Shown: piece by piece, positions 10,179-21,998 of the stretch
Numbering within the stretch: position 1 is the stretch's first letter
Layout: every line of letters starts with the position of its first letter
Assembly: GCA_963721455.1 (NCBI GenBank)
Contig: CAVRJG010000054.1
Span: 32,001-96,000 of the forward strand
Length of the DNA: 64,000 bases
Direction of reading: 5' to 3'
Source: an uncultured Methanosarcinaceae archaeon
Lineage (GTDB): Archaea; Halobacteriota; Methanosarcinia; Methanosarcinales; Methanosarcinaceae
Position numbers and translations under genes: made by a program
The notes under the pieces: model-generated
Told to the model about the DNA's origin: nothing
Databases searched by the model: none
The model's input: the letters and a program-made list of their open reading frames with translations, nothing else

Positions 10179-12596
10179 TCAGGCCTCCTTGCAAAGTCTC
10201 TTAAGGTTAGTCGGCTGTGCAGAGACATCGAACTTGATCTTCGGGCCGGAAATGATTTTCTTCTTCTTCCAGTCTATTTCCCATCCATGCTCAGATTCAA
10301 GTTTCTTCAGGAGCATTTCACGCTTGGCGAGTGGGATGTCAGCTTCATTCCGGACAAATTTCCACCAGTCATCGGGTATGATACCAAGGAACTTCTCGCT
10401 GAGCTCTATCCAGTGGGTCAACTTAATGGACCTGCCCATGCTGTTGTCGGACGGACGGATACAGTTCTTTGCCATCATTATACAGGCTTCCTGCCAGGTC
10501 TCTGCAGTGGTTATAAGGAATTCCGGAGCAGGTGGGATTGCCATTTCAGAACCGTTTCTGCTGTCGTAAACCTTCCACTTGGAATCGTCGTAGGTCTTGG
10601 CGATCAGGGCTCTCCTGTACTTTCCGCTGTGGGGTCCGAGCACTGCTGGGATACCGTACATGTTACATCCGGTACCTATGGCAGCTGCCTTCTGGGAGTA
10701 TGCACCCCATGCAAGCCCTACTGCACCGACACGGGTCAGAGTGTAGTCAGCAATTTCAGCGAGGTTGCCTGAAAGGTTCCTGCCTGCAAAGATTGCAGCG
10801 ACCTTGTGGGCTGTACCTGAGATGTGAGCGTTCGAGACACAGGACCCGGTATTAAGGATGTTACCTTTTTCGAACCTTCCGGGGTACCTCTCGTAGAGAG
10901 TCTTGCCGTCAGCATCCTTGTACATACCGATGTCCATTGCAGAACATCCGGAAACTGCAAGCAGGTAGTTCCTGCCGAGAAGCTCTTCTGCGATGTTGTA
11001 AACGTCCTTGGAGCCTGCAGGGTAGTTGGAACATCCGATAATTGCGATAACACCAGGAGTGGTACCCATAACCAGGTTCAGACCTTCTGCCCTGATCTCG
11101 GCATCGCTTACCTGACCTCTTCCAGCTCTTACAAGGCCCTTCTCTTCGGCAATTGCCTTCTGGGCAGCCTTCTCAATGAGGTTCAGGACAGGTATCTCCT
11201 TGTTGCAGACCTGTTCACACCTGCGGCAGCCTACACAAAGGTCGTGCAGTTCTTCCAGGGCAGAGTAGTCTCCTCCCTTAGCTATTGCGATTGCTTCTGG
11301 GATTTCCAGTTCTTCGGGGCATGCCAGTGCACATTCTCCACATTCCACACACTTGGAGACTAGATCTTTCATTTCTTCGTCTGTGGGGATGGCTGTGATT
11401 CCTTCTGCATCGCGGATCGGGGCCATCGCTAGAGCGACCTTGGGCACAAGTTCTCCGAGTTTTTCATAATCCAGCATCACACAGCCAGGGATCTTGCCAC
11501 TTACCAGGTCTTCTACGATTGCATCTACATCATCATTGGTCCTGTCTGGCAGGCCGTACATGATCTTTTCATTAGATGCGATGACCGGGATCTTAAGCTT
11601 CTGGCCTTCGACTACGAGGTCAGCTCTTACGCACTGTTCATCAAGAACGATTACATCAGGAATTCCGGAGCGTACTACCTTTAACTCCTTTGAAATGGTA
11701 CCGACGATCTTTGCATAGGGGGCTTTCCTGTCTTCCCTCTTGTACCTGGTCATATCGAATGCGGTACAGCAGAGACCTCCGATTTCCATCTTGTCAGTCA
11801 GGTCATGGTCTTCCATATAGTCCATGATGTAAGTGACACCGGCAACGTTGTGCCCGATGGCGATGATGACTGGCTTTGAGGCATCAATGGTTCCCATGCC
11901 GACTTCCACAAGCGGGACGTCAGGGTCAGATTTAGGGAAACCAAGGGCAGTAACCTGAGCGATATCGGAAACTTCCATACCAACATGGTCCAGAATTCCG
12001 GCAAGCATCGACTTGTTATCGTAGTCAATTGCTGCTCCTTCCTGTCCTGCGTGTATGGTTGCAAGCAACTGGCCCAGCTCTTCTTCAACATATTCCATTA
12101 TGGGTTTGAGGTCGCCGAGGGTCTTCGGCTGCAGGCCTGTGACAAGCTGAATGTTGGGGGCAATTACGTTTGAAGCTCCCATGTTGATCGGCATGTCTTC
12201 CCCAAAAAGGTCAATTATATGATTGAGCAGGTGGCGGCCGTGGGCGCTGTGGCAGGCACAGCCCGTGATGCAGCGCAGGAAGAACTCTCTTGCAGTCTGA
12301 CCTTTCATGTCAATACCGCAGGCACCTCTCTTGTTCCCTTCCAGGTTACATGGTCCGAAGGTACAGTAGCAGCACTGGTCACACATGGGGGTGTAGACAG
12401 GCTCGTAGCGATCGAACAGTGTAAAACTCCAGTCCCTTAATGTAGCAATTGAAGGGAAGGGAGTTGGACCCATCGGGCCTTGTTCTTCTTTTGCTTCTTT
12501 AGCAGCCTCCTTTGCTGCCCCTACAATATTATTAATAGTGATCTGAACAGACTCCAGATCTTCTATAGAAAAACTCCCGGTAGTTAGTTTGCTCAT
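10179..12596 (-). CDS. cdhA: ACDS complex alpha subunit (CO dehydrogenase)
   Basis: [12 protein letters not shown], two ferredoxin CxxCxxCxxxC motifs, GSCVSNAH. Confidence 0.98.
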   Translation of the reverse strand: MSKLTTGSFSIEDLESVQITINNIVGAAKEAAKEAKEEQGPMGPTPFPSIATLRDWSFTLFDRYEPVYTPMCDQCCYCTFGPCNLEGNKRGACGIDMKGQTAREFFLRCITGCACHSAHGRHLLNHIIDLFGEDMPINMGASNVIAPNIQLVTGLQPKTLGDLKPIMEYVEEELGQLLATIHAGQEGAAIDYDNKSMLAGILDHVGMEVSDIAQVTALGFPKSDPDVPLVEVGMGTIDASKPVIIAIGHNVAGVTYIMDYMEDHDLTDKMEIGGLCCTAFDMTRYKREDRKAPYAKIVGTISKELKVVRSGIPDVIVLDEQCVRADLVVEGQKLKIPVIASNEKIMYGLPDRTNDDVDAIVEDLVSGKIPGCVMLDYEKLGELVPKVALAMAPIRDAEGITAIPTDEEMKDLVSKCVECGECALACPEELEIPEAIAIAKGGDYSALEELHDLCVGCRRCEQVCNKEIPVLNLIEKAAQKAIAEEKGLVRAGRGQVSDAEIRAEGLNLVMGTTPGVIAIIGCSNYPAGSKDVYNIAEELLGRNYLLAVSGCSAMDIGMYKDADGKTLYERYPGRFEKGNILNTGSCVSNAHISGTAHKVAAIFAGRNLSGNLAEIADYTLTRVGAVGLAWGAYSQKAAAIGTGCNMYGIPAVLGPHSGKYRRALIAKTYDDSKWKVYDSRNGSEMAIPPAPEFLITTAETWQEACIMMAKNCIRPSDNSMGRSIKLTHWIELSEKFLGIIPDDWWKFVRNEADIPLAKREMLLKKLESEHGWEIDWKKKKIISGPKIKFDVSAQPTNLKRLCKEA

Positions 12597-13005
12597 TTGA
12601 GCTTTTCCTCCTAAATTTGTTTAAAATTAACTTCGCCTAGACGATTGCGATTTTATAATGTATGGCATATTCTTCATGATTATACATTATGTATATTGCC
12701 GTCTGCTTTAAAGTTACAACCGTTTAATAACGTTTTTTTTGGTAAAACGTTTATAAGCTATTTTTTCAAATACTAAACGTCATACCAACAATTTTTCAAA
12801 TAGAACCGTTTTTATCGGGGCTATTTTCCCTGCAAAAGTCGTTTTTAGGGCCTTATTTCTCTTCCATGTCCTTTTTTACGCCCTATATCTCAAAAAAACC
12901 GTTTTTGCCAACGATTGAGACCTTAATCTTGAGCAGAGGTCGCTACCGATGGATAATAAACACTAATTAAATGTCTAAACGTATCAAATCTATATAACAT
13001 TTTCT
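12597..13005 (-). promoter_or_regulatory. cdh promoter and long 5' leader
   Basis: Minus-strand GAAAATG-TTATATA (BRE/TATA-like) at 12991-13004 implies a start site near 12968, so a leader of about 370 nt, consistent with the long regulatory cdh leader known in Methanosarcina. Confidence 0.55.
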
Positions 13006-14133
13006 AATTTGTAACACGCTATTTCGAGAAGGGTAAAATGGAATATTCGCAATCAACCAACTTTAAAAATTTATTGAAATTAATTGTATAACCGGTATAT
13101 TGATGTCTCAAGACGCTGTTTTTTAAGTGAAATATTTTAAGGTACCTGTACTTTCTTTCCCAGTAATATTAATTGTTATTAATTATGCTTTTTTTTCACA
13201 TTTAAAACAAAAAATTCTATAAATATTTGTTACTGGCTGCTGTACGGATCCTTACATATAAATTATATTTCCCGTGAATATATTATTTAAAAAAATATTT
13301 GGAATTTTATATTTTTCCTTCTAATAAATAAATCAAAAATTATTTATATCTTTAATATCCGCGGGCAAGTTTACACAGTAAACGCTGTAAACCGTTTTCG
13401 CGTTTTTTTCAGGAAAGAGATAAATATGATTTTCTCATTTGAATATTGATTGATGTATTTTCCAATTTGAATAATATCTATTGAAATTTAAAATACATTT
13501 AATCTACTCTTGAACATATCAATTATATTCTCATCAAGAGTTGTTTGTACTCTATACTGAGTTTAAAGATCCGGATTTATTTCACTGGAGATCCGGAATG
13601 AAGACAAATTGATTTATTCAAAGAGAGACTTCTGAAAACAGAATATCTATAATTAAGGTAAGATTCTAATCCAGGGTATTTGGAAATTTATGTAGGCCTC
13701 CGTGCTTACAATTAGTAACTTTACTTCACTAAGGATTTGTAACGAAATAACTTAGGCACATAGACAATTTAGTTAAAGTTAAATCATCTATCTTGCTCGT
13801 GAAAGTTATTTAATACATTCTTAAAAACTGCCTATGTTATTTCGTGGTGGGTCCTAATTGCAATGTATTATATGTTCCAGGTGTTCAGTCAGTATTTTAA
13901 CCCTCAAGTATACAGTTATACACAGGTTAGAGGGATTCAAATGTGTACAATATAATTTGTTATGCGGAACTTTGTACTCAAACATTATAAATAAGGACTT
14001 ATTGGGTGCATATACGCCGAAGACCAAACCATTGATATCACTGCATATTAACATCACTTTAATCTGGTTTGCAGGTGAGGTGTTCTAATTGCCTCAATAT
14101 TCAGGTAGTTTTATTAATTAAACTGGAGAGTAA

Positions 14134-14808
14134 TTGGAAACATGTTTGACCTTAACTTATCTTATATCTATGGGGGCGGAACAGGTGGCAGATAAAGGTT
14201 ATATTTTCACAAGCCCTTCGATAGTAATCATTGTCCTCTGCATAATTTCTTACTTTATAGAAACAATTCCCGGCATAGGGTCTATTTATGGAAACGCCTT
14301 TCAGTTTGACCCCCATTTCCTTTTTACAAGGCCATGGACGCTTATCACATACATCTTTCTGCACATCGGTTTATGGCATCTTTTCTTCAATATGCTCGTC
14401 CTGTACTTCTTCGGGACTGCACTTGAGAGTCGGGCCGGGAACAAACAGCTTCTGGCAATTTTTTTCACCGCCGGAATTCTATCCGCAATAGGGTATACTT
14501 TTTTAAGCGGGCCTATTTTCAATATCGCACCTGGCCCCATGGTTGGCGCAAGCGGGGCGATTTACGGGGTCTTTGCAGCCCTTACAATGCTTGAGCCGGA
14601 ACACCGCGTCTATGTCTACTTTATTCCAATGAGGCTAAAACATGCCCTCGTGCTTTTTGCTCTCTTTGATTTTCTTATGGTTGGTTCCTCGGACATGATA
14701 GCCCATACAGCCCACCTCTGCGGGCTCTTTGTCGGGCTCTACATGGGTCTTCGCATGAAGAATATCGAGGAGAAGAATGTAAAATCCAGGTACATCGGCA
14801 GGTGGTGA
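14134..14808 (+). CDS. Rhomboid family intramembrane serine protease
   Basis: HLFFNM, GASGAIYG and AHLCG motifs; true start may be slightly downstream. Confidence 0.92.
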   Translation: METCLTLTYLISMGAEQVADKGYIFTSPSIVIIVLCIISYFIETIPGIGSIYGNAFQFDPHFLFTRPWTLITYIFLHIGLWHLFFNMLVLYFFGTALESRAGNKQLLAIFFTAGILSAIGYTFLSGPIFNIAPGPMVGASGAIYGVFAALTMLEPEHRVYVYFIPMRLKHALVLFALFDFLMVGSSDMIAHTAHLCGLFVGLYMGLRMKNIEEKNVKSRYIGRW

Positions 14809-15224
14809 GTCTGGAAGGGGGGAACCTTCTCCAGGATACATATTATTATCCAAGACCCGAGCCCGGAGAGAAAATCCCTATCCAGGTCTTAAATTTCAGG
14901 AGATTATTTGCAGCATGGTTCCCGGGGTTGAAAAAGACCCTCTACTTTGAAAAACTGCCTGAAAATGAGAACCTGAAAAGGGTAAGGGAAATTATTCTTC
15001 TCCAGGTCTACGACTGGCTCGCGGGAAGGGAAGGGCTAATAGAACTTACTGATTTTGAATTTGAGCAATTTATGAGGGTCTATGAAGCTTTCCTGCAAAA
15101 TCTCGGGGAAATTCAATATATTAGGCGCAAAAAAGGGCGAAAGACGGAAAATATCTTTGAACTCGTGGAATCTTCATATGTCGTCCGGGAAGTAAAAAAA
15201 GGGCCCTTTTCCGATAAATTATAA
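14802..15224 (+). CDS. Hypothetical protein
   Basis: 140-aa ORF overlapping the rhomboid stop, protein-like composition. Confidence 0.65.
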   Translation: MVSLEGGNLLQDTYYYPRPEPGEKIPIQVLNFRRLFAAWFPGLKKTLYFEKLPENENLKRVREIILLQVYDWLAGREGLIELTDFEFEQFMRVYEAFLQNLGEIQYIRRKKGRKTENIFELVESSYVVREVKKGPFSDKL

Positions 15225-15630
15225 TTATATAAATTATATATTATGTTTTATAGTTCGGGGTTTTTATCCGACCCGATATTTTTCCCGTTCATTGCGCAGG
15301 AAGGATCTCCGTTTTTTCAGGCAAGCCCTTAAAAGGAAAAAGTTACAAACTGTAATTGCCTGAATATGCAAATGTTTTACTACAGAAAAGCAGATATTAG
15401 ATATCATCGGATTGTTATTCAAATTGCGGCATCAGGATCCAATTTCAGTAATCCGGAACTGCAAACTTCGAACATGCTGCCGACTGATGGCTGAAGCATA
15501 GACTCTGCACCGGCGGATTGGAGGGCTGCTGGAAGTGTCGCTTCCCTCTTGAGTTGATGCCGCATTATCATGCGGCGCATGAAAATATATAAGATTGCAG
15601 GTTCCGTGAACTGCAAGATCACAGAGGACA

Positions 15631-16221
15631 TTGATAATGAAACCTGTAAAAAGCGGAATTGACTCCATATCCAAATACCTCCGCTCGAAAAAAGAAGTTG
15701 GCAGGAGGAAAATAGGGCTTCTAGTGGATGGTCCGAACATCCTCAGAAAAGAATTTGATGTAAATCTGGAGGAGATAAGGGACGTCCTGAAAGACTATGG
15801 AAATATCAAAATCGGGCGCGTTTTCCTTAATCAGTACGCCTCTGATAAACTTGTGGAAGCCATCGAAAACCATGGGCTTGAGCCCATAATCTGTTCCAGC
15901 GATGTTGATGTGCGCCTCGCGGTAGAGGGCATGGAGCTGGTATATAACCCTAACATTGACACTCTTGCGATCGTGACCAGGGACGCGGACTTCAAGCCGC
16001 TTCTGAACAAAGCAAATGAACATGGCAAAGAGACTATTATCTTCGGTGTTGAACCTGGTTTTTCCACAGCGCTCAAGAATTCCGCAGACTATGTTATTCT
16101 TCTGAAGAAGGATCGGATGAGCAGTTACGACGAGTCAGGCGGGGCAGGAACCGGTGAAAAAAAAATTGATGCACCTGAATATCAGGACAGCTTGTGTGAA
16201 GAATCCGTTGAAAAGACCTGA
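15631..16221 (+). CDS. NYN domain (TIGR00288-like) protein
   Basis: LLVDGPN, DVDVRLAVE, TRDADFKP, LKNSAD. Confidence 0.9.
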   Translation: MIMKPVKSGIDSISKYLRSKKEVGRRKIGLLVDGPNILRKEFDVNLEEIRDVLKDYGNIKIGRVFLNQYASDKLVEAIENHGLEPIICSSDVDVRLAVEGMELVYNPNIDTLAIVTRDADFKPLLNKANEHGKETIIFGVEPGFSTALKNSADYVILLKKDRMSSYDESGGAGTGEKKIDAPEYQDSLCEESVEKT

Positions 16222-16310
16222 TTTATAGAACGAAGCGTGAAACCCGTTAAGTCTTTTGATTTAGCGGGTAGTTCACACCTGTTCTTTTATGATATTCCTT
16301 CCCCACTTTT

Positions 16311-17288
16311 TTAAGGATAATCGACATCTACGCCCAGGATCTCTTTTTCTCCTGCAAAAACGTCCCGTGCTATCTCGGCACAGCCTATTGCAGCATGCCA
16401 CTTCCCGAGACACCGGCATTCCTGCCCCACATGTGCACGGATTTTTTTCTGCACGTATTCTACTTCGCCCACCGAGCCCGCAAGAAATATTTCTCCGGTT
16501 ATCCCATAGTCCTTGAGAAGGAGCTGCATTGAAGCTATTTCCATAGACGCAAACAGGGCAATAGTATCCAGAGCAAGGAGAGCCAAGCTTTCTCCTTTTT
16601 CGGCAGCACTGAGTAATTCTTCCCTATCTTTATATTGGGTCATTTTCAGGGCCCCTGCCTCTATAAAAGCCTGGTTTGCGGTCAGGTGCCCGTTGTCCAC
16701 ATCCCTTATAGCTTGCAGGTCAAGAGGGCCATGGTGAATGCCCGGGGCAAATATGCAGGCATCGATTGCACCAATTACCTTTCCGTCAGCAACGGCAAGG
16801 GTAACAGTATTTGAACTTATATCGGAAACAACGAAATCCTTATAGCCAAGACACACGATGTGGTAAGCAATTCCCAGCTTTTCCGGGCTTGTAAGATGGG
16901 AAAACACCTTCATTCTGGAATCCACTTTGCTTTCCATATGAAGGCCAGGGATTGCTATCGCAGGAATTCCAGAGTATCGGATAGCGTCAAAAACTCTTGT
17001 GCCTCCCCCTGTCTTTTTTCCAGCTCCTTCAGTGCTTTTGAGCCCTCTTCCTTCCAGGTTCTTTATGTCCTTAATTGTGGAAAAGCCGTCTCCCATTGAG
17101 TATGTCAGCGCAACGAGGTCAATGGTTTCACGCCGGACTCCGAATTTCTCTTCAAGAGATGCAAGGATCTCATTTTCTGACATGGCAGCTGCTTCAGCCC
17201 TCCCAAGCTCAAAGGTAAGGGTCCTGTCCTCTTTTATCAGAGCAAAACGCATTGCAGTTGTTCCATGGTCAATCCCTATAAATGTCAA
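16311..17288 (-). CDS. Methanogenesis marker 12 protein (ASKHA fold)
   Basis: IGIDHGTT, VSDISSNTVT, HHGPLDL. Confidence 0.8.
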   Translation of the reverse strand: MTFIGIDHGTTAMRFALIKEDRTLTFELGRAEAAAMSENEILASLEEKFGVRRETIDLVALTYSMGDGFSTIKDIKNLEGRGLKSTEGAGKKTGGGTRVFDAIRYSGIPAIAIPGLHMESKVDSRMKVFSHLTSPEKLGIAYHIVCLGYKDFVVSDISSNTVTLAVADGKVIGAIDACIFAPGIHHGPLDLQAIRDVDNGHLTANQAFIEAGALKMTQYKDREELLSAAEKGESLALLALDTIALFASMEIASMQLLLKDYGITGEIFLAGSVGEVEYVQKKIRAHVGQECRCLGKWHAAIGCAEIARDVFAGEKEILGVDVDYP

Positions 17289-17311
17289 CTAGTTGTCTCT
17301 CCTTTAACGCC

Positions 17312-17674
17312 TCATAGGGCAGTTCTTAAGATCTCATTCAGCTCATTCATAATTCTATCTCCCTCTTCAGCGGTCCCAACTGTCGTCACCAGTCTGACTT
17401 CCTGGAAACTCCTGCCTTCAGAGAGCAATAGCCTCAAGTTTCCTCTCGCATCCGCACGCAGAACCTTTCCGGTCAGACTTCCTCCTGCAATGCCTTTTAC
17501 AGAAATCACGGATGGAATTACCTTTTTTACCTCAGGGTGCTGGCTTACCAGTTTTACGAGCTTTTTTCCAGCCCTTCCCCCGATAATTGTCGTATGGACT
17601 CCACCAAGCTTATTCTTTGAGGAGCTTTGTGTGTTTTCCTGTAAGTTACTTTTATTTTCCGCCATTGTAGTCAA
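17312..17674 (-). CDS. DUF2103-like protein
   Basis: KLGGVHTTIIGGRAG...VKKVIP...QEVRLVTT. Confidence 0.7.
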   Translation of the reverse strand: MTTMAENKSNLQENTQSSSKNKLGGVHTTIIGGRAGKKLVKLVSQHPEVKKVIPSVISVKGIAGGSLTGKVLRADARGNLRLLLSEGRSFQEVRLVTTVGTAEEGDRIMNELNEILRTAL

Positions 17675-17940
17675 ACCGGTAACCTATTCTCATGGCAACT
17701 TTCTCATTCTCTTATTTATTCTTTTTTATATTTATTATGTATATTTATTCATCCGGTTAGAATCTCAGGGAAGTCTTTCCGGCTATAAGGTGTCTTGTGA
17801 GGATTTTGCCCTGAAGCCAGAAGCTGTAAAAAGAAGCCGCTCCAGAATACCGAAAACACATATATGTGCCGAATTCTGGATCATTTCTTGTGTTTCCTTC
17901 AAAACTGCCTTCTTTCCGGAAACCCGTTTTTCCATTAAAA

Positions 17941-18390
17941 TCAGATTTTTTCAAGTTCTTTCATGCCGATGAGCTTGATATTATCCTCTTCAAGCGTTTT
18001 TATTGCCTTTTCAATTTCGTTAACCCTGACGATTAAAAGGGCTTTCTGATCCTTAGTGACAAAAGCATATGCATAATCAAGGTTAATCTTGGCTTTCCCA
18101 AACACTTCCGCAATACGGGACATGCTACCAGGAACATCCTCCATTTCAATTCCCAGGACGCTGGTTTCGGAAACAGTAAACCCTGCATCATGGAGTACGC
18201 TGTGGGCATAATCGGACCTGTCCACAACCATCCGGATTATCCCGAAGTCTCCGGATTCGGCAATGGTAAATGCCCTGATGTTTATACCGGCACTTTTTAG
18301 TTTATTCGCAACATTTGCAAGTCGGCCAGGCTTATTTTCCGCAAAAAGGGAAATCTGCTTTATAACTTTATCTTCTATTCCAGCACCCAT
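17941..18390 (-). CDS. ACT-domain amino-acid-binding protein
   Basis: KQISLFAENKPGRL and a second ACT repeat EDVPGSM. Confidence 0.9.
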   Translation of the reverse strand: MGAGIEDKVIKQISLFAENKPGRLANVANKLKSAGINIRAFTIAESGDFGIIRMVVDRSDYAHSVLHDAGFTVSETSVLGIEMEDVPGSMSRIAEVFGKAKINLDYAYAFVTKDQKALLIVRVNEIEKAIKTLEEDNIKLIGMKELEKI

Positions 18391-18574
18391 ATCCTTACAT
18401 CCCTTGTTCTTTTTCTTATTTTTCTTTTATTCTCGTTTTAATCTTTTTACTCAGAATATAATATAAGTTTCTATGTATATTTTAAGCTTACAGGTCTAAG
18501 ATTGCCCTTACATCGATATGATTAATTTTATATCGGGCTCCGGTTTAAAGAGAAATTTAAAAGACATCGGAGCC

Positions 18575-18615
18575 AAAAAAAGAAAACCTGCAGGACAATG
18601 GCATTCTGCAGGTTC
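18575..18615 (-). terminator. Terminator after the CoA ligase gene
   Basis: AACCTGCAG...CTGCAGGTT hairpin followed by a T tract on the minus strand. Confidence 0.5.
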
Positions 18616-18638
18616 TGGCATTTCTATTATCGGGGTCT

Positions 18639-19952
18639 TCAAATCTTCCGATTATCGATGACTTTCTTTGATTTTCCTTCCGAACGGGGTAGAGAGCCGT
18701 GTTCCACCAGCTCCACTTCGACTGCAAGGTTCAGTACGCTTCTCAGAGCGCCTGAAACCTTCTTTTTAAGCGCCATCATGTCTGACATTTTGTCGCTGAA
18801 AGCAGACTCATGCATTTCTATCTGGACTTTGATGGAGTCAAGAGGCCCAATCCTTTCTACAATAATCATGAAATGGTTCCCTACTTCAGGGATTTTCATA
18901 AGTACCGATTCGACCTGTCCAGGGAATACATTGATACCGCGCACGATGATCATGTCATCCGAGCGCCCGCTGATGCGTGTAATCCTGGGGTGGGTTCTCC
19001 CGCACCTGCAGGGTTCCGAAAGCTTTCGTGTAAGGTCCCTTACCCTGTAACGAATAAGCGGTAGGGCTTCTTTAGTAAGAGTTGTGATTACGAGTTCGCC
19101 AGTCTCTCCGTCAGGGACAGGCTCTCCTGTTTCGGGGACCAGGATTTCCACCAGAAACTTATCTGCCCAGATATGGATCCCGCACTGCTCCGAACATTCG
19201 GTAAAAAGCGGGCCGCTCATTTCCGAAGTCCCGTAAATATCATAGGCTTTAATCCCGGATTCGTCTTCTATCCTTGTCTTGAGTTCCTCAGACCACGGTT
19301 CGGCCCCGAAAAATCCCATCTTTAGTTTCGTTTCGTTCCTGATGCTGATGCCTTCTTTTCTTGCGGTTTCGATCATATAAAGGAAGTAAGAAGGCGTGCA
19401 GGCTATGGCGGTCGTGCCAAGGTCTTTCATCAGTTCAAGCTGGCGTTCGGTATTCCCGGAGCTTGTGGGGAGTACGGTTGCACCCAGTTTTTCGCTTCCG
19501 TAGTGAGCACCGAGCCCACCCGTGAAAAGCCCGTACCCGTAACTGACCTGAAGAATATCATCTTTCCCCACTCCGACAGAAGTAAATCCCCTTGCAAGGG
19601 ACTCAGCCCATTCATCTATGTCCTTTTGAGTGTACCCTACGACAATCGGTTTGCCTGTTGTACCCGAAGAGGCGTGAAATCGGACCAGTTTTGAGTTCGG
19701 GACGCAAAACATGCCTGTGGGATAAGTGTCTCTGAGATCCTGCTTAACTGTAAAAGGTAACTTTCTGACATCTTCGAGAGTTCGGATGTCTTCCGGCCTA
19801 ACACCGTGTTCGTCAAACCTTTTTCTATAGAAAGGGGAGTTCTCATACACATAATGTACGAGGTGTTTCAATTTTTCTTCCTGCAGTTTTTTCAAATCCT
19901 CTACAGGCATTGTCTCTATTTCAGGATCCCAGTATGCTGGCATTTCGTTCAC
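18639..19952 (-). CDS. paaK: Phenylacetate-CoA ligase family protein
   Basis: HASSGTTGKP, YGTSE, PLIRYR, GRSDDM. Confidence 0.9.
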   Translation of the reverse strand: MNEMPAYWDPEIETMPVEDLKKLQEEKLKHLVHYVYENSPFYRKRFDEHGVRPEDIRTLEDVRKLPFTVKQDLRDTYPTGMFCVPNSKLVRFHASSGTTGKPIVVGYTQKDIDEWAESLARGFTSVGVGKDDILQVSYGYGLFTGGLGAHYGSEKLGATVLPTSSGNTERQLELMKDLGTTAIACTPSYFLYMIETARKEGISIRNETKLKMGFFGAEPWSEELKTRIEDESGIKAYDIYGTSEMSGPLFTECSEQCGIHIWADKFLVEILVPETGEPVPDGETGELVITTLTKEALPLIRYRVRDLTRKLSEPCRCGRTHPRITRISGRSDDMIIVRGINVFPGQVESVLMKIPEVGNHFMIIVERIGPLDSIKVQIEMHESAFSDKMSDMMALKKKVSGALRSVLNLAVEVELVEHGSLPRSEGKSKKVIDNRKI

Positions 19953-20279
19953 ACTCTGTATGTCTTATATTATGGGCTTTCAGTCAGATGCCTAATATTT
20001 TCGGCGGATGTAGACTTCCGGCATATATGGTATGAAGATTAAGCTGGATTCTAATATAAATAATAGCTGTTAGGCTAAAAAGGTTTTTTATATCAACCTA
20101 AAAACCGGCTGCAGAACATGTAGTTGGTTCCCCGACAAACCATGTCTCAGAAGCTCTGTTTTAAAAATAACCAGGTAAATTTGCCCATAACAGGAAAATT
20201 ATATAATTCTCATATTCCGAAAGTTTGTCAGGCACGCCGGGGTTTGAAATTATTATGAATTTTCGTTCTTTTTGAAAAA

Positions 20280-21287
20280 TCACTCATCTTCAGGTTCTTT
20301 GATTTCATCTTCAAAAGAAATGTCTTTTGACGCTGCTCCAAGGGATGCTTCAAGAATCTTCTTTGTCCTTTCCCTGCATTTATTCAACACTTCTTGCATG
20401 TCTGCAATCACATCGATTCCTGCAGCCCCCGAATGCCCGCCGCCTGTGCCGTTGTATTCGTTACTTATATCTTCCATCAACTGGCCAAGGTTAACTCCGG
20501 CATTTACAGCGTCACGTTTCGCTCTTGCACTTATTCTGACGCTTTCACCTCTGGCTGTACCGACAAAAGCAATATCTGCCCCTATATTAACGAGCATGGA
20601 GGATGCAGACCCTCCGAAAGAGCTGACATGAGAAGATGCGATCAACATATCCTGCACTCTATCGAGTTCAATGCGGCTTGCTGCTTTCAGAATAGCTATA
20701 CGCATGGAAATATCCTGTGGGGTAGCAGCCATAAGATCCAGCACTTCCCCGTATTCAACTCCGCTGGCCGCTATAATTTTTGCCACTGTCCGGAACGTAT
20801 CCACTGATGCGTGTTTGAAATGCCCGGTATCTGTTACGATCCCGGTGAGCATCCCGATCCCCACTCTCCTGTTAATCGGTGCCCCCATTGCTTTTAAAAT
20901 ATCGTAGACTATTTCCACAGTAGAAGTAGTGTTCCGGTGCAGGTAAAATTCGGCATTTTCTGTTAGAGCAGTAGTCGTATGGTGATCGATCACGCAATAG
21001 CTGGTAAGCTCTATATCATTTAATTGCGCTTTTGTCGAAGTATCAACTACGACGACAAACCCGTAATTTGCAGGATCCGGTTTATCCACGACCGCTATCC
21101 CGAGCCTCTCGACCAGGACGGACGCAACGCGGTTACAACCGTCCACGAGGCCGACCGTACCCCCAATAGCTTCTGAAAGGGCAAAAGCACTGCTGACGGC
21201 ATCCGGATCTGCATTCCGGTGGCACAAATATAATATGTTTCGATAGTCAAGGAGCCGGTTGAAAAACTCCGCTTCATCAACTTGCAT
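20280..21287 (-). CDS. DHH/DHHA1 phosphoesterase
   Basis: HRNADPDA, IDHH, TDTG, GGGHSGAAG. Confidence 0.92.
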   Translation of the reverse strand: MQVDEAEFFNRLLDYRNILYLCHRNADPDAVSSAFALSEAIGGTVGLVDGCNRVASVLVERLGIAVVDKPDPANYGFVVVVDTSTKAQLNDIELTSYCVIDHHTTTALTENAEFYLHRNTTSTVEIVYDILKAMGAPINRRVGIGMLTGIVTDTGHFKHASVDTFRTVAKIIAASGVEYGEVLDLMAATPQDISMRIAILKAASRIELDRVQDMLIASSHVSSFGGSASSMLVNIGADIAFVGTARGESVRISARAKRDAVNAGVNLGQLMEDISNEYNGTGGGHSGAAGIDVIADMQEVLNKCRERTKKILEASLGAASKDISFEDEIKEPEDE

Positions 21288-21426
21288 TGTTCACTCTGGC
21301 TATCGTTTTTATAGGCATCGATTTTCCCGGATCCAATGATTCCGGGATTTCTAAATGATCTCTAATGTAACTTCTAGCAAAGCTGCATTTTATTTTCGAT
21401 TCCGCATGTGGGAATGAAAAATAAAT

Positions 21427-21780
21427 TTATTGTGCCCTGGGGCCCAGTGCCTGCTGGATTTGCTCCTGAAGCTGTTTAAAGCGAGATGTGAGCCTTTCTT
21501 CCTGCCTGGAAATGGACTGAAGCCTGAGCGACAGAGTTTCTTCCCTGTCTTTCAGTTTTGAAATGGACTCCTCTTTGCTCGTTTTTATTACCAGCTCTCC
21601 TACACTACGATAGATTATTGAATCGTCAGTAAGTCTTTCTAACTCATCAAGAGCCATCTTGGACTCTTTTTGCATAGCTTCAATCTGTGATTTTTGCATG
21701 GCCATAGCCTGGATTTGCTGCTGTATCTGCTGAAGCTGTGCTATCTGGTTCTGGATTTGAGGAGGTAATTCTGCAGTCAT
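21427..21780 (-). CDS. pfdB: Prefoldin beta subunit
   Basis: LPPQIQNQ, coiled coils flanking the IYRSVG hairpin. Confidence 0.93.
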   Translation of the reverse strand: MTAELPPQIQNQIAQLQQIQQQIQAMAMQKSQIEAMQKESKMALDELERLTDDSIIYRSVGELVIKTSKEESISKLKDREETLSLRLQSISRQEERLTSRFKQLQEQIQQALGPRAQ

Positions 21781-21998
21781 GTAATTTTCACCTGACTCCT
21801 CAATAAACCTGAAGGGATTTTAATGTTTCTGTCCTTGCAGCTTCCGAAAATCCCTCTTCGCCATCTAAAATTGATCTGAGGACTCCTGCCAAAAACTTAA
21901 ACAACAAGTTAATCTTAATTAATCAACAGTATAATAATTATTAATATGGGGCGGAAGTGAATTAAATTGATCCTGAACCAGAGAATTTGAAAAAATTA

